From: Bacteroidales bacterium
GTDB taxonomy: Bacteria > Bacteroidota > Bacteroidia > Bacteroidales > JAUNSR01
Length of the DNA stretch: 64,000 nt
Reading direction: 5' to 3'
NCBI GenBank assembly: GCA_036655355.1
Contig: JAVVQG010000003.1
Coordinates: 43,821-107,820 of the forward strand
The notes under the pieces: model-generated
Told to the model about the DNA's origin: nothing
What the model saw: only the letters and a program-made list of their open reading frames with translations
Database searches by the model: none
Made by a program: the position numbers and the translations under genes
Part shown: in pieces, positions 46,084 through 55,864 of the stretch
How the letters are laid out: each line of letters begins with the position of its first letter
Position numbering within the stretch: position 1 is the first letter of the stretch

Positions 46084-46117
46084 GGAGGTTATACGAAACG
46101 TGTAACCTCCTTTTTTT
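46084..46117 (+). terminator. Intrinsic terminator after the tRNA-Glu cluster
   Basis: ggaggttatacg pairs with cgtgtaacctcc (one mismatch), followed by a T7 run. Confidence 0.8.
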
Positions 46118-46141
46118 GTTTCTTTCTGTTTATAATTTTTC

Positions 46142-46149
46142 TATATTTG
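46142..46149 (+). promoter_or_regulatory. -7 box TATATTTG upstream of gyrB
   Basis: Exact match 40 nt upstream of the ATG at 46190. The longer track ORF (46166) would start almost at the transcription start. Confidence 0.5.
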
Positions 46150-46189
46150 CATATCCTTTACTTGGGTGATATTTAACACACTAAAGATT

Positions 46190-48136
46190 ATGTCTGAAGA
46201 ACAAAATAAATCATACTCGGCCGACAGTATTCAGGTACTCGAAGGTCTGGAGGCGGTAAGAAAACGTCCCGCCATGTATATCGGGGATATCGGTATCAAA
46301 GGGCTCCATCACCTTGTTTACGAGGTGGTTGACAACTCTATCGACGAGGCGTTGGCAGGTTACGCCACTCACATTGAGGTAACCATTAATGAAGACAACT
46401 CCATCACGGTAGTGGACAATGGCCGCGGTATTCCGGTTGACTGGCACGAGAAAGAGGGTAAATCAGCCCTGGAAGTGGTTTTGACGGTACTTCATGCCGG
46501 TGGTAAATTTGACAAAGGTTCTTACAAGGTATCCGGTGGTTTGCACGGGGTAGGTGTATCTTGTGTGAATGCACTCTCTACTTACCTGCGAGCAGAAGTT
46601 AGACGCGGCGGTAAGGTTTACATGCAGGAATTCTCTTGCGGAGCTCCACTGCACGGCGTTGAAGAGATCGGAACGACAGAAGAGAATGGTACGACCATCG
46701 TTTTCCGTCCCGACGAAAACATCTTTACGGTTTCAGAATACAAATACGACATCCTAGCCGCTCGTTTGCGCGACTTGGCTTACCTGAATGCAGGTATCCA
46801 CCTAACTTTGACTGATCGCAGAGAAATTCTGGAAGACGGTTCTTTCAAAAGCGAGGTTTACTACTCTACAGAAGGTCTGAAGGAATTTGTCCGTTACATC
46901 GACTCTGCCCGTGAACACCTTATTGAAGACGTAATTCACATCTCTACCGAAAAACAGGGCATCCCTGTGGAAGTAGCGATGACTTACAATACAACTTACG
47001 GCGAGAATGTTTATTCTTACGTAAATAATATCCATACCATCGAAGGTGGTACCCATTTGGCGGGATTCCGCCGCGGTTTGACCCGTACACTGAAGAAATA
47101 CGCAGAGGATTCAAAAATGCTTGAAAAAGTAAAAGTGGATATCAGCGGGGATGACTTCCGTGAAGGTTTGACAGCCGTTGTTTCGGTGAAGGTTCAGGAA
47201 CCTCAGTTTGAAGGACAGACCAAAACCAAATTAGGAAACAACGAGGTGATGGGAGCGGTTGATCAGGCCGTAGGTGAAGCTTTGGGTAATTACCTGGAGG
47301 AAAATCCGAAACAAGCCCGTGCAATCGTTGAGAAAGTGATCCTTGCAGCTACCGCTCGTTTTGCAGCCCGTAAGGCACGTGAACAGGTACAGCGCAAATC
47401 TCCGCTTACGGGAGGTGGCCTTCCGGGTAAACTGGCAGACTGCTCTTCGAAGAACGCAGAGGAGTGCGAGATCTTCCTTGTCGAGGGAGACTCTGCGGGT
47501 GGTACGGCTAAACAGGGTCGTCACCGTAACTTCCAGGCTATCCTGCCGCTTCGTGGTAAGATCATGAACGTTGAGAAAGCAATGCTTCACCGCGTTCTAG
47601 ACAGCGAAGAGATCAAGAACATGTTTACCGCACTCGGTGTACACATCGGAACCGAAGAAGATGCGAAAATGTTGAACATCTCGAAACTGCGTTACCACAA
47701 AGTGATCATCATGACCGATGCCGACGTGGACGGTAGCCACATCGCGACGCTTTTGATGACTTTCTTCTTCCGATACATGCGTCCGCTGATTGAAAACGGC
47801 TATCTGTACATCGCTACACCGCCGCTTTACCTTTGCAAACGCGGAAAAGTAGAGGAGTATTGCTGGAACGAACAGCAGCGTCAACAGTTTATCCTGAAAT
47901 ATGGTAACGGTAATGAAAACGTGGTACACACACAGCGTTATAAAGGTTTGGGTGAGATGAACGCTCAGCAGCTTTGGGAAACAACCATGGACCCGGAACA
48001 CCGTACCTTGCGTCAGGTGACTATCGAAAACGCGACGGAAGCCGATCACGTGTTCTCGATGTTGATGGGTGAAGATGTTGAACCTCGCCGCCAGTTCATC
48101 GAAGCAAATGCAACTTATGCGAATATCGACGCTTAA
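46190..48136 (+). CDS. gyrB: DNA gyrase subunit B
   Basis: 648 aa. Motifs are SIQVLEGLEAVRKRPAMYIG, HHLVYEVVDNSIDE, EGDSAGG, PLRGKIMNVEKA and DADVDGSHI, with the GyrB-type C-terminus RRQFIE.NA.YA.IDA. Confidence 0.95.
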   Translation: MSEEQNKSYSADSIQVLEGLEAVRKRPAMYIGDIGIKGLHHLVYEVVDNSIDEALAGYATHIEVTINEDNSITVVDNGRGIPVDWHEKEGKSALEVVLTVLHAGGKFDKGSYKVSGGLHGVGVSCVNALSTYLRAEVRRGGKVYMQEFSCGAPLHGVEEIGTTEENGTTIVFRPDENIFTVSEYKYDILAARLRDLAYLNAGIHLTLTDRREILEDGSFKSEVYYSTEGLKEFVRYIDSAREHLIEDVIHISTEKQGIPVEVAMTYNTTYGENVYSYVNNIHTIEGGTHLAGFRRGLTRTLKKYAEDSKMLEKVKVDISGDDFREGLTAVVSVKVQEPQFEGQTKTKLGNNEVMGAVDQAVGEALGNYLEENPKQARAIVEKVILAATARFAARKAREQVQRKSPLTGGGLPGKLADCSSKNAEECEIFLVEGDSAGGTAKQGRHRNFQAILPLRGKIMNVEKAMLHRVLDSEEIKNMFTALGVHIGTEEDAKMLNISKLRYHKVIIMTDADVDGSHIATLLMTFFFRYMRPLIENGYLYIATPPLYLCKRGKVEEYCWNEQQRQQFILKYGNGNENVVHTQRYKGLGEMNAQQLWETTMDPEHRTLRQVTIENATEADHVFSMLMGEDVEPRRQFIEANATYANIDA

Positions 48137-48156
48137 GCGACGTCATACGATAATCA

Positions 48157-48206
48157 ATCGCCCTGAAACGGTTTGGAAACAAATCGCTTCAGGGCGATTT
48201 CATTTG
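48157..48206 (+). terminator. Intrinsic terminator after gyrB
   Basis: atcgccctgaa (48157-48167) pairs with ttcagggcgat (48188-48198), followed by ttcatttg. The 3' arm and tail are shared with the 95-bp repeat family. Confidence 0.7.
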
Positions 48207-48305
48207 TATATAATCTATTTTTACATTAAGGTCAAATGCGCCATCTATATACCTTCTGTTGGGTAACTCAACTTTAGATGAGCTATGGCGATTTCATTTG
48301 TATAT
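48193..48305 (+). repeat. Third copy of the ~95-bp element, bounded by a 19-bp direct repeat
   Basis: ggcgatttcatttgtatat occurs at 48193-48211 and 48287-48305 (period 94). By hand count, the ~81-bp core differs from copy A at 33.1 kb at only ~5 positions. The orientation is the same as at 33.1 kb. Confidence 0.9.
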
Positions 48306-48397
48306 CGTTTGTTTAATAATCTACAATTTTAAACACCGCTTTAAACTTATTGCCGATTCGGCAGTCAGATAGCTGTAACTTATAAGGAAGAAATACG

Positions 48398-50860
48398 ATG
48401 AAATTAAAAACAGTGCTGCTTACCGGCCTGATTGTGTCGGCGGTACAAGCATTCGGTCAGGAGATCAAGGGCAAAATCATAGATAAATCAAGTAAGGAAC
48501 CGATTGAATTCGTCAATATCGCCCTGTATGAAGAGGGTACGGAAAAAATGGTGAAAGGCCATACGACCAACCTGCAGGGACAATTCGAATTTTCGGACGT
48601 TGCACCGGGAACCTACACCCTTCGCATCTCTTTCGTGGGATATGCAACGGTGAATATTCCCGTGGCGATTACCACAAAGAAGAAAGAGGTGAATCTGGGA
48701 AGCATCTCGCTCACGGAAGACTCCAAAGTGCTTAAAGAGGTGCAAGTGACCGGACAGAAGTCACAAATGCGTTTCGAAGTGGATAAAAAGGTATTTAATG
48801 TCGATCAGAACATCGCCAGTGCGGGTGGATCTGCATCGGATGCACTTTCGAACATCCCTTCCGTAACGGTAGATAACGAAGGTAACGTATCGCTGCGCAA
48901 CAATTCGGCTGTAACGATCTGGATCAACGGACGGCCGTCGGGACTTTCCGAAGACAACCGCGCACAGATCCTTGAACAGCTCCCGGCCGAGAGCATCGAA
49001 ACGATCGAGGTGATCACCAACCCTTCCGCCCGATTCAGCTCTGAAGGCTCTGCCGGAATCATCAACATCGTAATGAAGAAAGAGAAGAAGATGGGTTACT
49101 ACGGAGGCTTTTCGGCCAATGCCGATACCCAAGGCGGATACGGAGCAAGCGCGAATATCAATATGAACTACGATAAATGGGAGGGATTCGCCAACATCGG
49201 ATACCGTCGTCGCAGAATGGAGACGAACGGAACGACAGAGCGTACCTCTTTCCGCGAAGACCCGATTACCTCGAACCTCGAGGAGAGTATCCTGTCACAG
49301 CAGAGCAAGGGAAGCGGCGGTATGGGGGGACTCTTCGCTCGTGCCGGCGTGGTGTATAATTTCTCGAAGAACGATGTCCTCTCATTCACGGGATCTACCA
49401 TGCAGGGGAATCACGACCGCAATTCAACCATCGATTACACCAATACCGCTAACGATATCGCTTCGAAATGGCGACGAGAAAGCGATGTGAACAACAAACA
49501 CACCATGTATTCGGCTCAGATGGACTACATCCATACGTTCTCGAAAAATCACGACCTGCGTTTCGCATTCGAATACGATTACATGAATCGCGGCGGTGAC
49601 TCCTACTACGATCAGATCTACAGCGATACCACGATTTATCAGATTCAGGAGAGTCCCAGTCATCGCAAAGGGTTCGAAGCACAAGTGGATTATACCAATA
49701 CCTTGTCTGATAAGTTGAAGATCGAGGCGGGATATAAGGCGGATGTGAACTCACACCGGTCGGATGCACAGACGTGGAATGGAAAACAGGCACTTCCGGC
49801 TTATGAAGACCTCTCGCTTTACAACAGCTTCGTTTACGACGAGAACATCCAGGCCGTATACGGAACCGCATCGGGGAAACTGGGCAAATTCAGCTACCAG
49901 GCGGGGCTGCGTGGCGAATACACCCATTACAGCACCAGTTCCACAGGAAAAGATCAGGAGAGCGGGAATACGGTAGCACCGGAAAAGGCGTCAAAAAGCT
50001 ATTTCGACCTTTTCCCAAGTGCATTTCTCTCCTATTCATTGCCGAAAGGGAACGAATTGCAATTGAATTATACCCGACGCATCAACCGTCCGCGGGGACG
50101 TCAGCTCAACTCGTTCATCAACATTACCGACTCGGCGAACATCTCGTTCGGTAATCCGTTGCTGAGTCCGGAGTTCTCTCACTCCCTCGAACTGAATTAC
50201 ATTAAGAACTGGGATAACCACATGCTTTCTGCATCCCTTTACTATCGGGCAACGGAAGATGTAATCCAACGGGTGAGTTACATGCAGGGAAATTCGCTCT
50301 ACACCACGTATGACAATGCTACGAATTCAAGCCGTTCGGGTATGGAACTGGTGGGCAAGAACCGCCTCTTCGGCTGGCTAGACCTCACCACTTCGGCCAA
50401 TCTTTATTATTATAAAGTGGACGGATTTACTTATAAATACGGCGAAAGCAGCTTTACTTACGACGGTTCGAAAGACTTCTCGTGGGATGCGCGCATGATT
50501 GCAAACATCATGTTGCCATGGAAAGTCAGCCTGCAGTTGACCGGTAATTATACCTCGCCGATAAAGACGGCACAAGGGAAAGATTTTGAGCAGTATTGGC
50601 TGGATGCGGGACTTCGCAAAACATTCCTTGAACGCAGACTATCCGTAGCCATTACCGGACGTGACCTTTTCAATTCACGCAAAATGAAATCGTATCGCTA
50701 TGGCGATAATTTCCAAGAATACAGCAAGATGCAGTGGGGTGGACGCCAGGTTGGTTTCACAATCTCCTACAACTTCGGTAATTCGAGCAACACAAAGAAG
50801 AAAAACGGCAAAACAGAGCGCAATACAGAGATGATGGGTGGCGATATGATGGAAGATTAA
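48398..50860 (+). CDS. TonB-dependent receptor-like outer-membrane beta-barrel protein (non-SusC type)
   Basis: 820 aa with a signal peptide and a carboxypeptidase-regulatory-like domain (GKIIDKSSKEPIEFVNIALY). The plug motif is IEVITNPSARFSSEGSAGIINIVMKK. A long barrel ends ..GFTISYNF and is followed by a hydrophilic tail. Confidence 0.8.
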   Translation: MKLKTVLLTGLIVSAVQAFGQEIKGKIIDKSSKEPIEFVNIALYEEGTEKMVKGHTTNLQGQFEFSDVAPGTYTLRISFVGYATVNIPVAITTKKKEVNLGSISLTEDSKVLKEVQVTGQKSQMRFEVDKKVFNVDQNIASAGGSASDALSNIPSVTVDNEGNVSLRNNSAVTIWINGRPSGLSEDNRAQILEQLPAESIETIEVITNPSARFSSEGSAGIINIVMKKEKKMGYYGGFSANADTQGGYGASANINMNYDKWEGFANIGYRRRRMETNGTTERTSFREDPITSNLEESILSQQSKGSGGMGGLFARAGVVYNFSKNDVLSFTGSTMQGNHDRNSTIDYTNTANDIASKWRRESDVNNKHTMYSAQMDYIHTFSKNHDLRFAFEYDYMNRGGDSYYDQIYSDTTIYQIQESPSHRKGFEAQVDYTNTLSDKLKIEAGYKADVNSHRSDAQTWNGKQALPAYEDLSLYNSFVYDENIQAVYGTASGKLGKFSYQAGLRGEYTHYSTSSTGKDQESGNTVAPEKASKSYFDLFPSAFLSYSLPKGNELQLNYTRRINRPRGRQLNSFINITDSANISFGNPLLSPEFSHSLELNYIKNWDNHMLSASLYYRATEDVIQRVSYMQGNSLYTTYDNATNSSRSGMELVGKNRLFGWLDLTTSANLYYYKVDGFTYKYGESSFTYDGSKDFSWDARMIANIMLPWKVSLQLTGNYTSPIKTAQGKDFEQYWLDAGLRKTFLERRLSVAITGRDLFNSRKMKSYRYGDNFQEYSKMQWGGRQVGFTISYNFGNSSNTKKKNGKTERNTEMMGGDMMED

Positions 50861-50977
50861 TCATATATTCATAATTTTCACCTATTAACTAACCAAATTG
50901 CCAAGTAATTGTTTTACTTTGTATAGAGATGAAGTGACTGTGCGAAACAGTCGCTTCATTATAATACAAAGCGGAAT

Positions 50978-53419
50978 ATGGCAAAAAAAGAAAACTCATC
51001 GTCAAAGGGACGATTGAAAAAAGCGGAGTTGCTCCCTATGATTCAGGGCTTCTTCAACGACGAGCCTTCACACTCCTTCAACTACAAACAAGTATCTGAA
51101 GCGATTGGCGTAAAAGGCGATATGCAACGTCAGCAGGTATTCGGACTCTTAGAAGAGCTGAAAGCTGATGACTACCTGATCGAAACTGCACTTGGTAAAT
51201 ATAAACTCAACAAAAGAGGTAAGGAAGTAGTCGGCAAATTCGAGCGACGAAGCAATGGTAAGAACCAGCTCGTTCCCGAAGATGGCGGCGAACCGATTTT
51301 CGTGGCGGAACGCAACTCCATGCGCGCCATGAACGGTGATAAAGTGAGAATCCTACTTTGCGCCCGCAAAAAAGGACAAACACCTGAGGGTGAGGTGATC
51401 GAAATCATCGAGCGCGTTCCTCAGTCTTTCATCGGCATACTCGATGTGCAACCGAATTATGCTTTCCTAATCAACGACAATAAATTTCTTGCAAACGATA
51501 TTTTTATCCCCCGCGACAAACTCAAAGGAGGTAAAAGCGGAGACAAGGCGGTAGTGAAAATTACCGACTGGCCCGAACATGCGAAAAATCCGATTGGCGA
51601 GGTTGTCGATATCTTAGGTACCGCAGGCGATAACAACACGGAGATCCATGCGATTCTTGCTGAATACGGACTTCCGTACAGCTATCCGGAATCGGTAAAT
51701 GAGGCGGCCGACAAAATTCCGTTCGAAATTCCGGCGGAAGAGATTGCCAAACGTGAGGACTTCCGTAACGTGACGACCTTCACCATCGACCCGAAAGATG
51801 CAAAAGACTTCGACGATGCTTTGTCTATCAGACAACTGCAGAATGGCAATTGGGAAATCGGCGTACACATCGCAGACGTAACCCATTATGTGAAGCCGGG
51901 AGACATCATCGACGAAGAGGGTGTAAAACGCGCTACTTCGGTTTACTTGGTTGACCGTGTGGTACCGATGCTGCCGGAACACCTGAGTAACGGTGTGTGT
52001 TCACTTCGTCCGAATGAAGAGAAACTCTCTTTCTCTTGCATCTTCGAATTGGATGAGAACGCTGAGGTGGTGAATTACCACATCGCACGTACGGTGATCA
52101 ATTCAGACCGTCGTTTTACTTACGAGGAAGCGCAGGAGATCATTGAAACCGGACAGGGCGATTTCAGTCAGGAGGTTCTGAAAATGGACGAATTGGCGAA
52201 GAAATTACGCCAGAAGCGTTTTGATGACGGCGCCATCGCATTCGATCGTCATGAAGTGAAGTTCGACATCGACGAGAACGGGAAACCGCTCGGCGTATAT
52301 TTCAAAGTATCGAAAGATGCGAATAAACTGATTGAAGAATTCATGCTATTGGCCAATAAGACCGTAGCCGAATTCATCGGCAAACCGGAAAAGAACAAAC
52401 GCATCAAAACATTCGTGTATCGTGTGCATGACCTGCCGGATCCGGAGAAAATGGATAATTTCGCATCCTTCATCCGCCGTTTCGGATACAATCTGAAAAC
52501 CGAGGGTTCGAACAGCGACATCTCGAAATCGATCAACCGCTTATTGGATACCGTTCAGGGTACCCGTGAAGAGGACCTGATTGAAACGGTAGCGATTCGC
52601 TCCATGGCGAAAGCGATCTATACGACCGAGAACATCGGTCACTACGGTCTGGCTTTCGATTACTATACGCATTTCACTTCTCCGATCCGTCGTTACCCCG
52701 ACATGATGGTGCACCGCTTACTGGAGCGCTATCTAGCAGGTGGACGCAGCGTGCCGGCAGAGAAATACGAAGAGTTGTGTAAACATTCTTCCGAAATGGA
52801 GCAGTTGGCTGCAAACGCCGAACGCTCTTCCATCAAATACAAACAGGTGGAATTCCTAAGCGATAAGCTGGGACAGGAGTTCGAAGGTGTTATTTCGGGT
52901 GTTACCGAATGGGGTATTTATGTAGAGATCAACGAAAACAAATGCGAGGGCATGGTGCCTATTCGCGATTTAGACGATGATTACTATGTATTCGACGACA
53001 AAAATTATTGTCTGATCGGCAGACGCAACAAACACATCTATCGTTTGGGCGATCCGGTGAAGATTCAGGTAGCTCGTACCAACCTGGAGAAGAAAATCAT
53101 CGACTTCGCATTGGTTCCCGATAAGGATAATCCACCGTTGGCCGATGCGGCAGACTTGATTGATTTTGAATCGGTTGAAGCAGCGGCAGACGAAAAACGT
53201 CGTCAGAATTCATCACGCCAGGGCAACCGAGGCGGTAGCGGACGTGGTGGTTCTTCGAAAGATAAAGGTCGTCGTAAAAGCGGCTCGAAACGCGATGACA
53301 ATCGAAAAGCGAACGGAAGGGGATCCGCATCAGAGAAGAAGACGCCTGCGGCAGCTCCGAAAAGTAAAATGAAAAGCGCCTCGAGAGAAAGAGGTCGTCC
53401 AAAAAAGAAAGAAGATTGA
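50978..53419 (+). CDS. rnr: Ribonuclease R
   Basis: 813 aa. RNB-domain motifs are DPKDAKDFDDALS, HIGHYGLA and YTHFTSPIRRYPD. It also has an S1 domain and a Lys/Arg/Gly-rich C-terminal tail. Confidence 0.92.
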   Translation: MAKKENSSSKGRLKKAELLPMIQGFFNDEPSHSFNYKQVSEAIGVKGDMQRQQVFGLLEELKADDYLIETALGKYKLNKRGKEVVGKFERRSNGKNQLVPEDGGEPIFVAERNSMRAMNGDKVRILLCARKKGQTPEGEVIEIIERVPQSFIGILDVQPNYAFLINDNKFLANDIFIPRDKLKGGKSGDKAVVKITDWPEHAKNPIGEVVDILGTAGDNNTEIHAILAEYGLPYSYPESVNEAADKIPFEIPAEEIAKREDFRNVTTFTIDPKDAKDFDDALSIRQLQNGNWEIGVHIADVTHYVKPGDIIDEEGVKRATSVYLVDRVVPMLPEHLSNGVCSLRPNEEKLSFSCIFELDENAEVVNYHIARTVINSDRRFTYEEAQEIIETGQGDFSQEVLKMDELAKKLRQKRFDDGAIAFDRHEVKFDIDENGKPLGVYFKVSKDANKLIEEFMLLANKTVAEFIGKPEKNKRIKTFVYRVHDLPDPEKMDNFASFIRRFGYNLKTEGSNSDISKSINRLLDTVQGTREEDLIETVAIRSMAKAIYTTENIGHYGLAFDYYTHFTSPIRRYPDMMVHRLLERYLAGGRSVPAEKYEELCKHSSEMEQLAANAERSSIKYKQVEFLSDKLGQEFEGVISGVTEWGIYVEINENKCEGMVPIRDLDDDYYVFDDKNYCLIGRRNKHIYRLGDPVKIQVARTNLEKKIIDFALVPDKDNPPLADAADLIDFESVEAAADEKRRQNSSRQGNRGGSGRGGSSKDKGRRKSGSKRDDNRKANGRGSASEKKTPAAAPKSKMKSASRERGRPKKKED

Positions 53420-53451
53420 TCTGAGAATTTCAATCACTGAGATATCAGCTG

Positions 53452-53491
53452 AACGCCGATACCACTCCTTAGGATGGTATCGGCGTTTTTT
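53452..53491 (+). terminator. Intrinsic terminator after rnr
   Basis: A 13-bp stem, aacgccgatacca (53452-53464) with tggtatcggcgtt (53475-53487), then a T-run. It overlaps the last codons of the convergent permease gene. Confidence 0.8.
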
Positions 53492-54692
53492 GTGTTGTTT
53501 CGGAAGCCCGCTTCACATTGTAACGGTAGGCGAAGAGCGCAAGGACAAAATACACAGCACATTGTATCCAGAGCGTCGTGTACTCTACGTTGATTTCCGA
53601 GATCCCCGCTCCCATCGAATTGACTTTCACAAAGGCCAATGTGGCCGGCGCTACCGGGAAAATAAAATGTGCCGCACGCCAATACCACGGCATCAGTTCG
53701 AGTGGATAGGAAACTCCGGAGAGAAACAGCAATCCCACCGAAAAGAAAGCAATCATCAGCAACGGTGCATCCTGATCGGTATAGAAAACAGATGCGGCCA
53801 AACCCATAAACGAGGTCGCCAACAGGTAGGGAATCATCAGACTGACAATGTCTGTCCACCGTCCGATATCGGGCAGGTCAAATACAACCGGCATCAATCC
53901 CAATAGAAAGATGGAGAAAATCGCATACATCAGCGTGTAGAGCAACGATTTGGCTAGAATCACCTTCATCATCCCAAAACGGGTTTCGGCAAACACACTG
54001 TAGTAAAGGATCGACCCGCTTTTGCGCTCTTTCCCGGAAATCATCGCAATCACCATCATCAACGTCTGAAAAATGATCACCATCAGCACAGCCGGAATCA
54101 GATAGGTACCGTAACCACCCGTATAGTTGTATAGAGCCGTTCCCGTAACGGATACCGGAGATTGGGAGCCGGCCATCACCGGCGCGGCATCGGCAGGAAG
54201 GAATACGAGTTGATCGGGACGAATCTCGCTATTGAAACTCTGCATGGCAAAGGAAACCGCAGTCTGCATCCCCAAATAATATAAGAAGGCGATGGTATTT
54301 TCATACATGATCGTAATCGACTCCTCCCCTTGCTCGATCTTCTTTTCAAACTTATCCGGTATAAGGAGAATGCCGATCGCCTTTTTCTCTTTCATCATTC
54401 GCTTCGCTCCGGCATAATCGAGTCCGTCTGTCACCACCTCCACCTCAGGCGTGGCGTTGAGCATCTGTATAAATTCGCGACTCATCGAGGTCTTGGAGTT
54501 ATCCACCACCACAACGGGTATGTTACGGACCACATTGGGCTGATACATGTAGTTATACAACAATCCGTACACGAATATCCCCCCTAGCAAAACCAGCGTA
54601 ATGGCATAACTGGTTGCAATCGTGCGGTATTCACGACGCATCAAACCGATCATCTGCTCCAAAGAATCCACTATTTTATTCGATTCCTTCAT
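53469..54692 (-). CDS. ABC-2 type transporter permease (YhhJ/YbhS-like)
   Basis: 407 aa. It has an N-terminal TM helix, a ~150-aa periplasmic loop and five C-terminal TM helices. It is a paralogue of the upstream gene. Confidence 0.7.
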   Translation of the reverse strand: MKESNKIVDSLEQMIGLMRREYRTIATSYAITLVLLGGIFVYGLLYNYMYQPNVVRNIPVVVVDNSKTSMSREFIQMLNATPEVEVVTDGLDYAGAKRMMKEKKAIGILLIPDKFEKKIEQGEESITIMYENTIAFLYYLGMQTAVSFAMQSFNSEIRPDQLVFLPADAAPVMAGSQSPVSVTGTALYNYTGGYGTYLIPAVLMVIIFQTLMMVIAMISGKERKSGSILYYSVFAETRFGMMKVILAKSLLYTLMYAIFSIFLLGLMPVVFDLPDIGRWTDIVSLMIPYLLATSFMGLAASVFYTDQDAPLLMIAFFSVGLLFLSGVSYPLELMPWYWRAAHFIFPVAPATLAFVKVNSMGAGISEINVEYTTLWIQCAVYFVLALFAYRYNVKRASETTQKTPIPS

Positions 54693-55860
54693 ATTTATGT
54701 GTGATTATAAGTCGCTTGAGCCGTGGTAAAAGCAACAACGGCAACAACAAATAGATAAACAAGACCGCATAATTGTGCCAGGTAAAGGTGAATCCGTAAT
54801 CTCCGTAAAGCAGATTCTGATTGATGAGCACAAAATGCCGGATCGGAAAGAGCGTACTGGCTGCATGAACGATCGGGTGCATGTCCGGCACAGGAAATGT
54901 AACCCCACTTAACGTCGCTCCCAACGAACCCACCATTGAAACAATGCTGATAATCAAACCCATCACCGGAAACAGGCTGAATAGGAACAACCCCAAGCCC
55001 TGCGAGGCCAACACCAGTAATATTGAGGATAGGTTCAAAGGCAGATAACCGCATGAGAATGGAATATGCATCAATCCGAACATCACATAATTCGCGAAGA
55101 CGGTCAGGATAGAGAAAACGACCGTGTAGGGAAGGAATTTTCCGAATATGGCGATGAAGATGTTTCCGCGGGCGGTATCGAGCCAATCTTCCGCAGTACC
55201 GAAATTGATTTCACTCCCCACGATGTATACCGATGTCAACAGAATAATCACCTGGAAAAATACGAAGAAGAAAGGTACACTCAGGTAAACCGAATAATCG
55301 AGGTCCGGATTGAAAAGCGGATGACTGCGTTGATCGGTCGGCATGATAAAGCTCATGATTTGGTCCGAAGTGAGTCCCAGACTTCCCCCCGTCATCACGA
55401 CAGGAGTGATGGCGATCGGTTCCAATACATTCTCAAAAGCACCCAATACCTCACCCCCCACGCTGAGCAATGCATAGTGGTAATAATAATCGAGGGTGGT
55501 GTTTTTTCCATCCATCATCCGCGATTCGAATCCGCGGGGTATCACCAGGTAACCGTATATCTCTTTTCGTTGCGTGGCCAGACGTGCGGCGGCAGGATTT
55601 TCAAGATGCTCCGTAACCTTAAACGTAGGTACCGCAGCCACATTGCGCACGATATTCCGCGAAGTAGCCGTCTGATCAAGATCCACGATTCCGATCGGTA
55701 TGTTCTCCATCTGCCCGGTATTAAAGATCGTAGCCATGAAGAAAATACAAAACAACGGCAGGATAACGGTTACCCCGAAATAGAGTCGGCGCGAAACCAT
55801 CCGCTTGATCTCGCGAAGCACAACCGCCTTAAACCCTTGTTTCGGAACATTCTTCCACAT
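54676..55860 (-). CDS. ABC-2 type transporter permease (YhhJ/YbhR-like)
   Basis: 394 aa with the same architecture. It overlaps the next gene by 17 bp. Confidence 0.7.
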   Translation of the reverse strand: MWKNVPKQGFKAVVLREIKRMVSRRLYFGVTVILPLFCIFFMATIFNTGQMENIPIGIVDLDQTATSRNIVRNVAAVPTFKVTEHLENPAAARLATQRKEIYGYLVIPRGFESRMMDGKNTTLDYYYHYALLSVGGEVLGAFENVLEPIAITPVVMTGGSLGLTSDQIMSFIMPTDQRSHPLFNPDLDYSVYLSVPFFFVFFQVIILLTSVYIVGSEINFGTAEDWLDTARGNIFIAIFGKFLPYTVVFSILTVFANYVMFGLMHIPFSCGYLPLNLSSILLVLASQGLGLFLFSLFPVMGLIISIVSMVGSLGATLSGVTFPVPDMHPIVHAASTLFPIRHFVLINQNLLYGDYGFTFTWHNYAVLFIYLLLPLLLLPRLKRLIITHKYEGIE

Positions 55861-55864
55861 CGTA

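Noticed and set aside
48207-48397. Possible riboswitch (for example cobalamin) in the leader of the TonB-dependent receptor
   Set aside because: The leader is short and largely made up of the dispersed 95-bp repeat. I could not see a B12-box-like or other known riboswitch core. This can only be properly excluded with an Infernal/Rfam scan.
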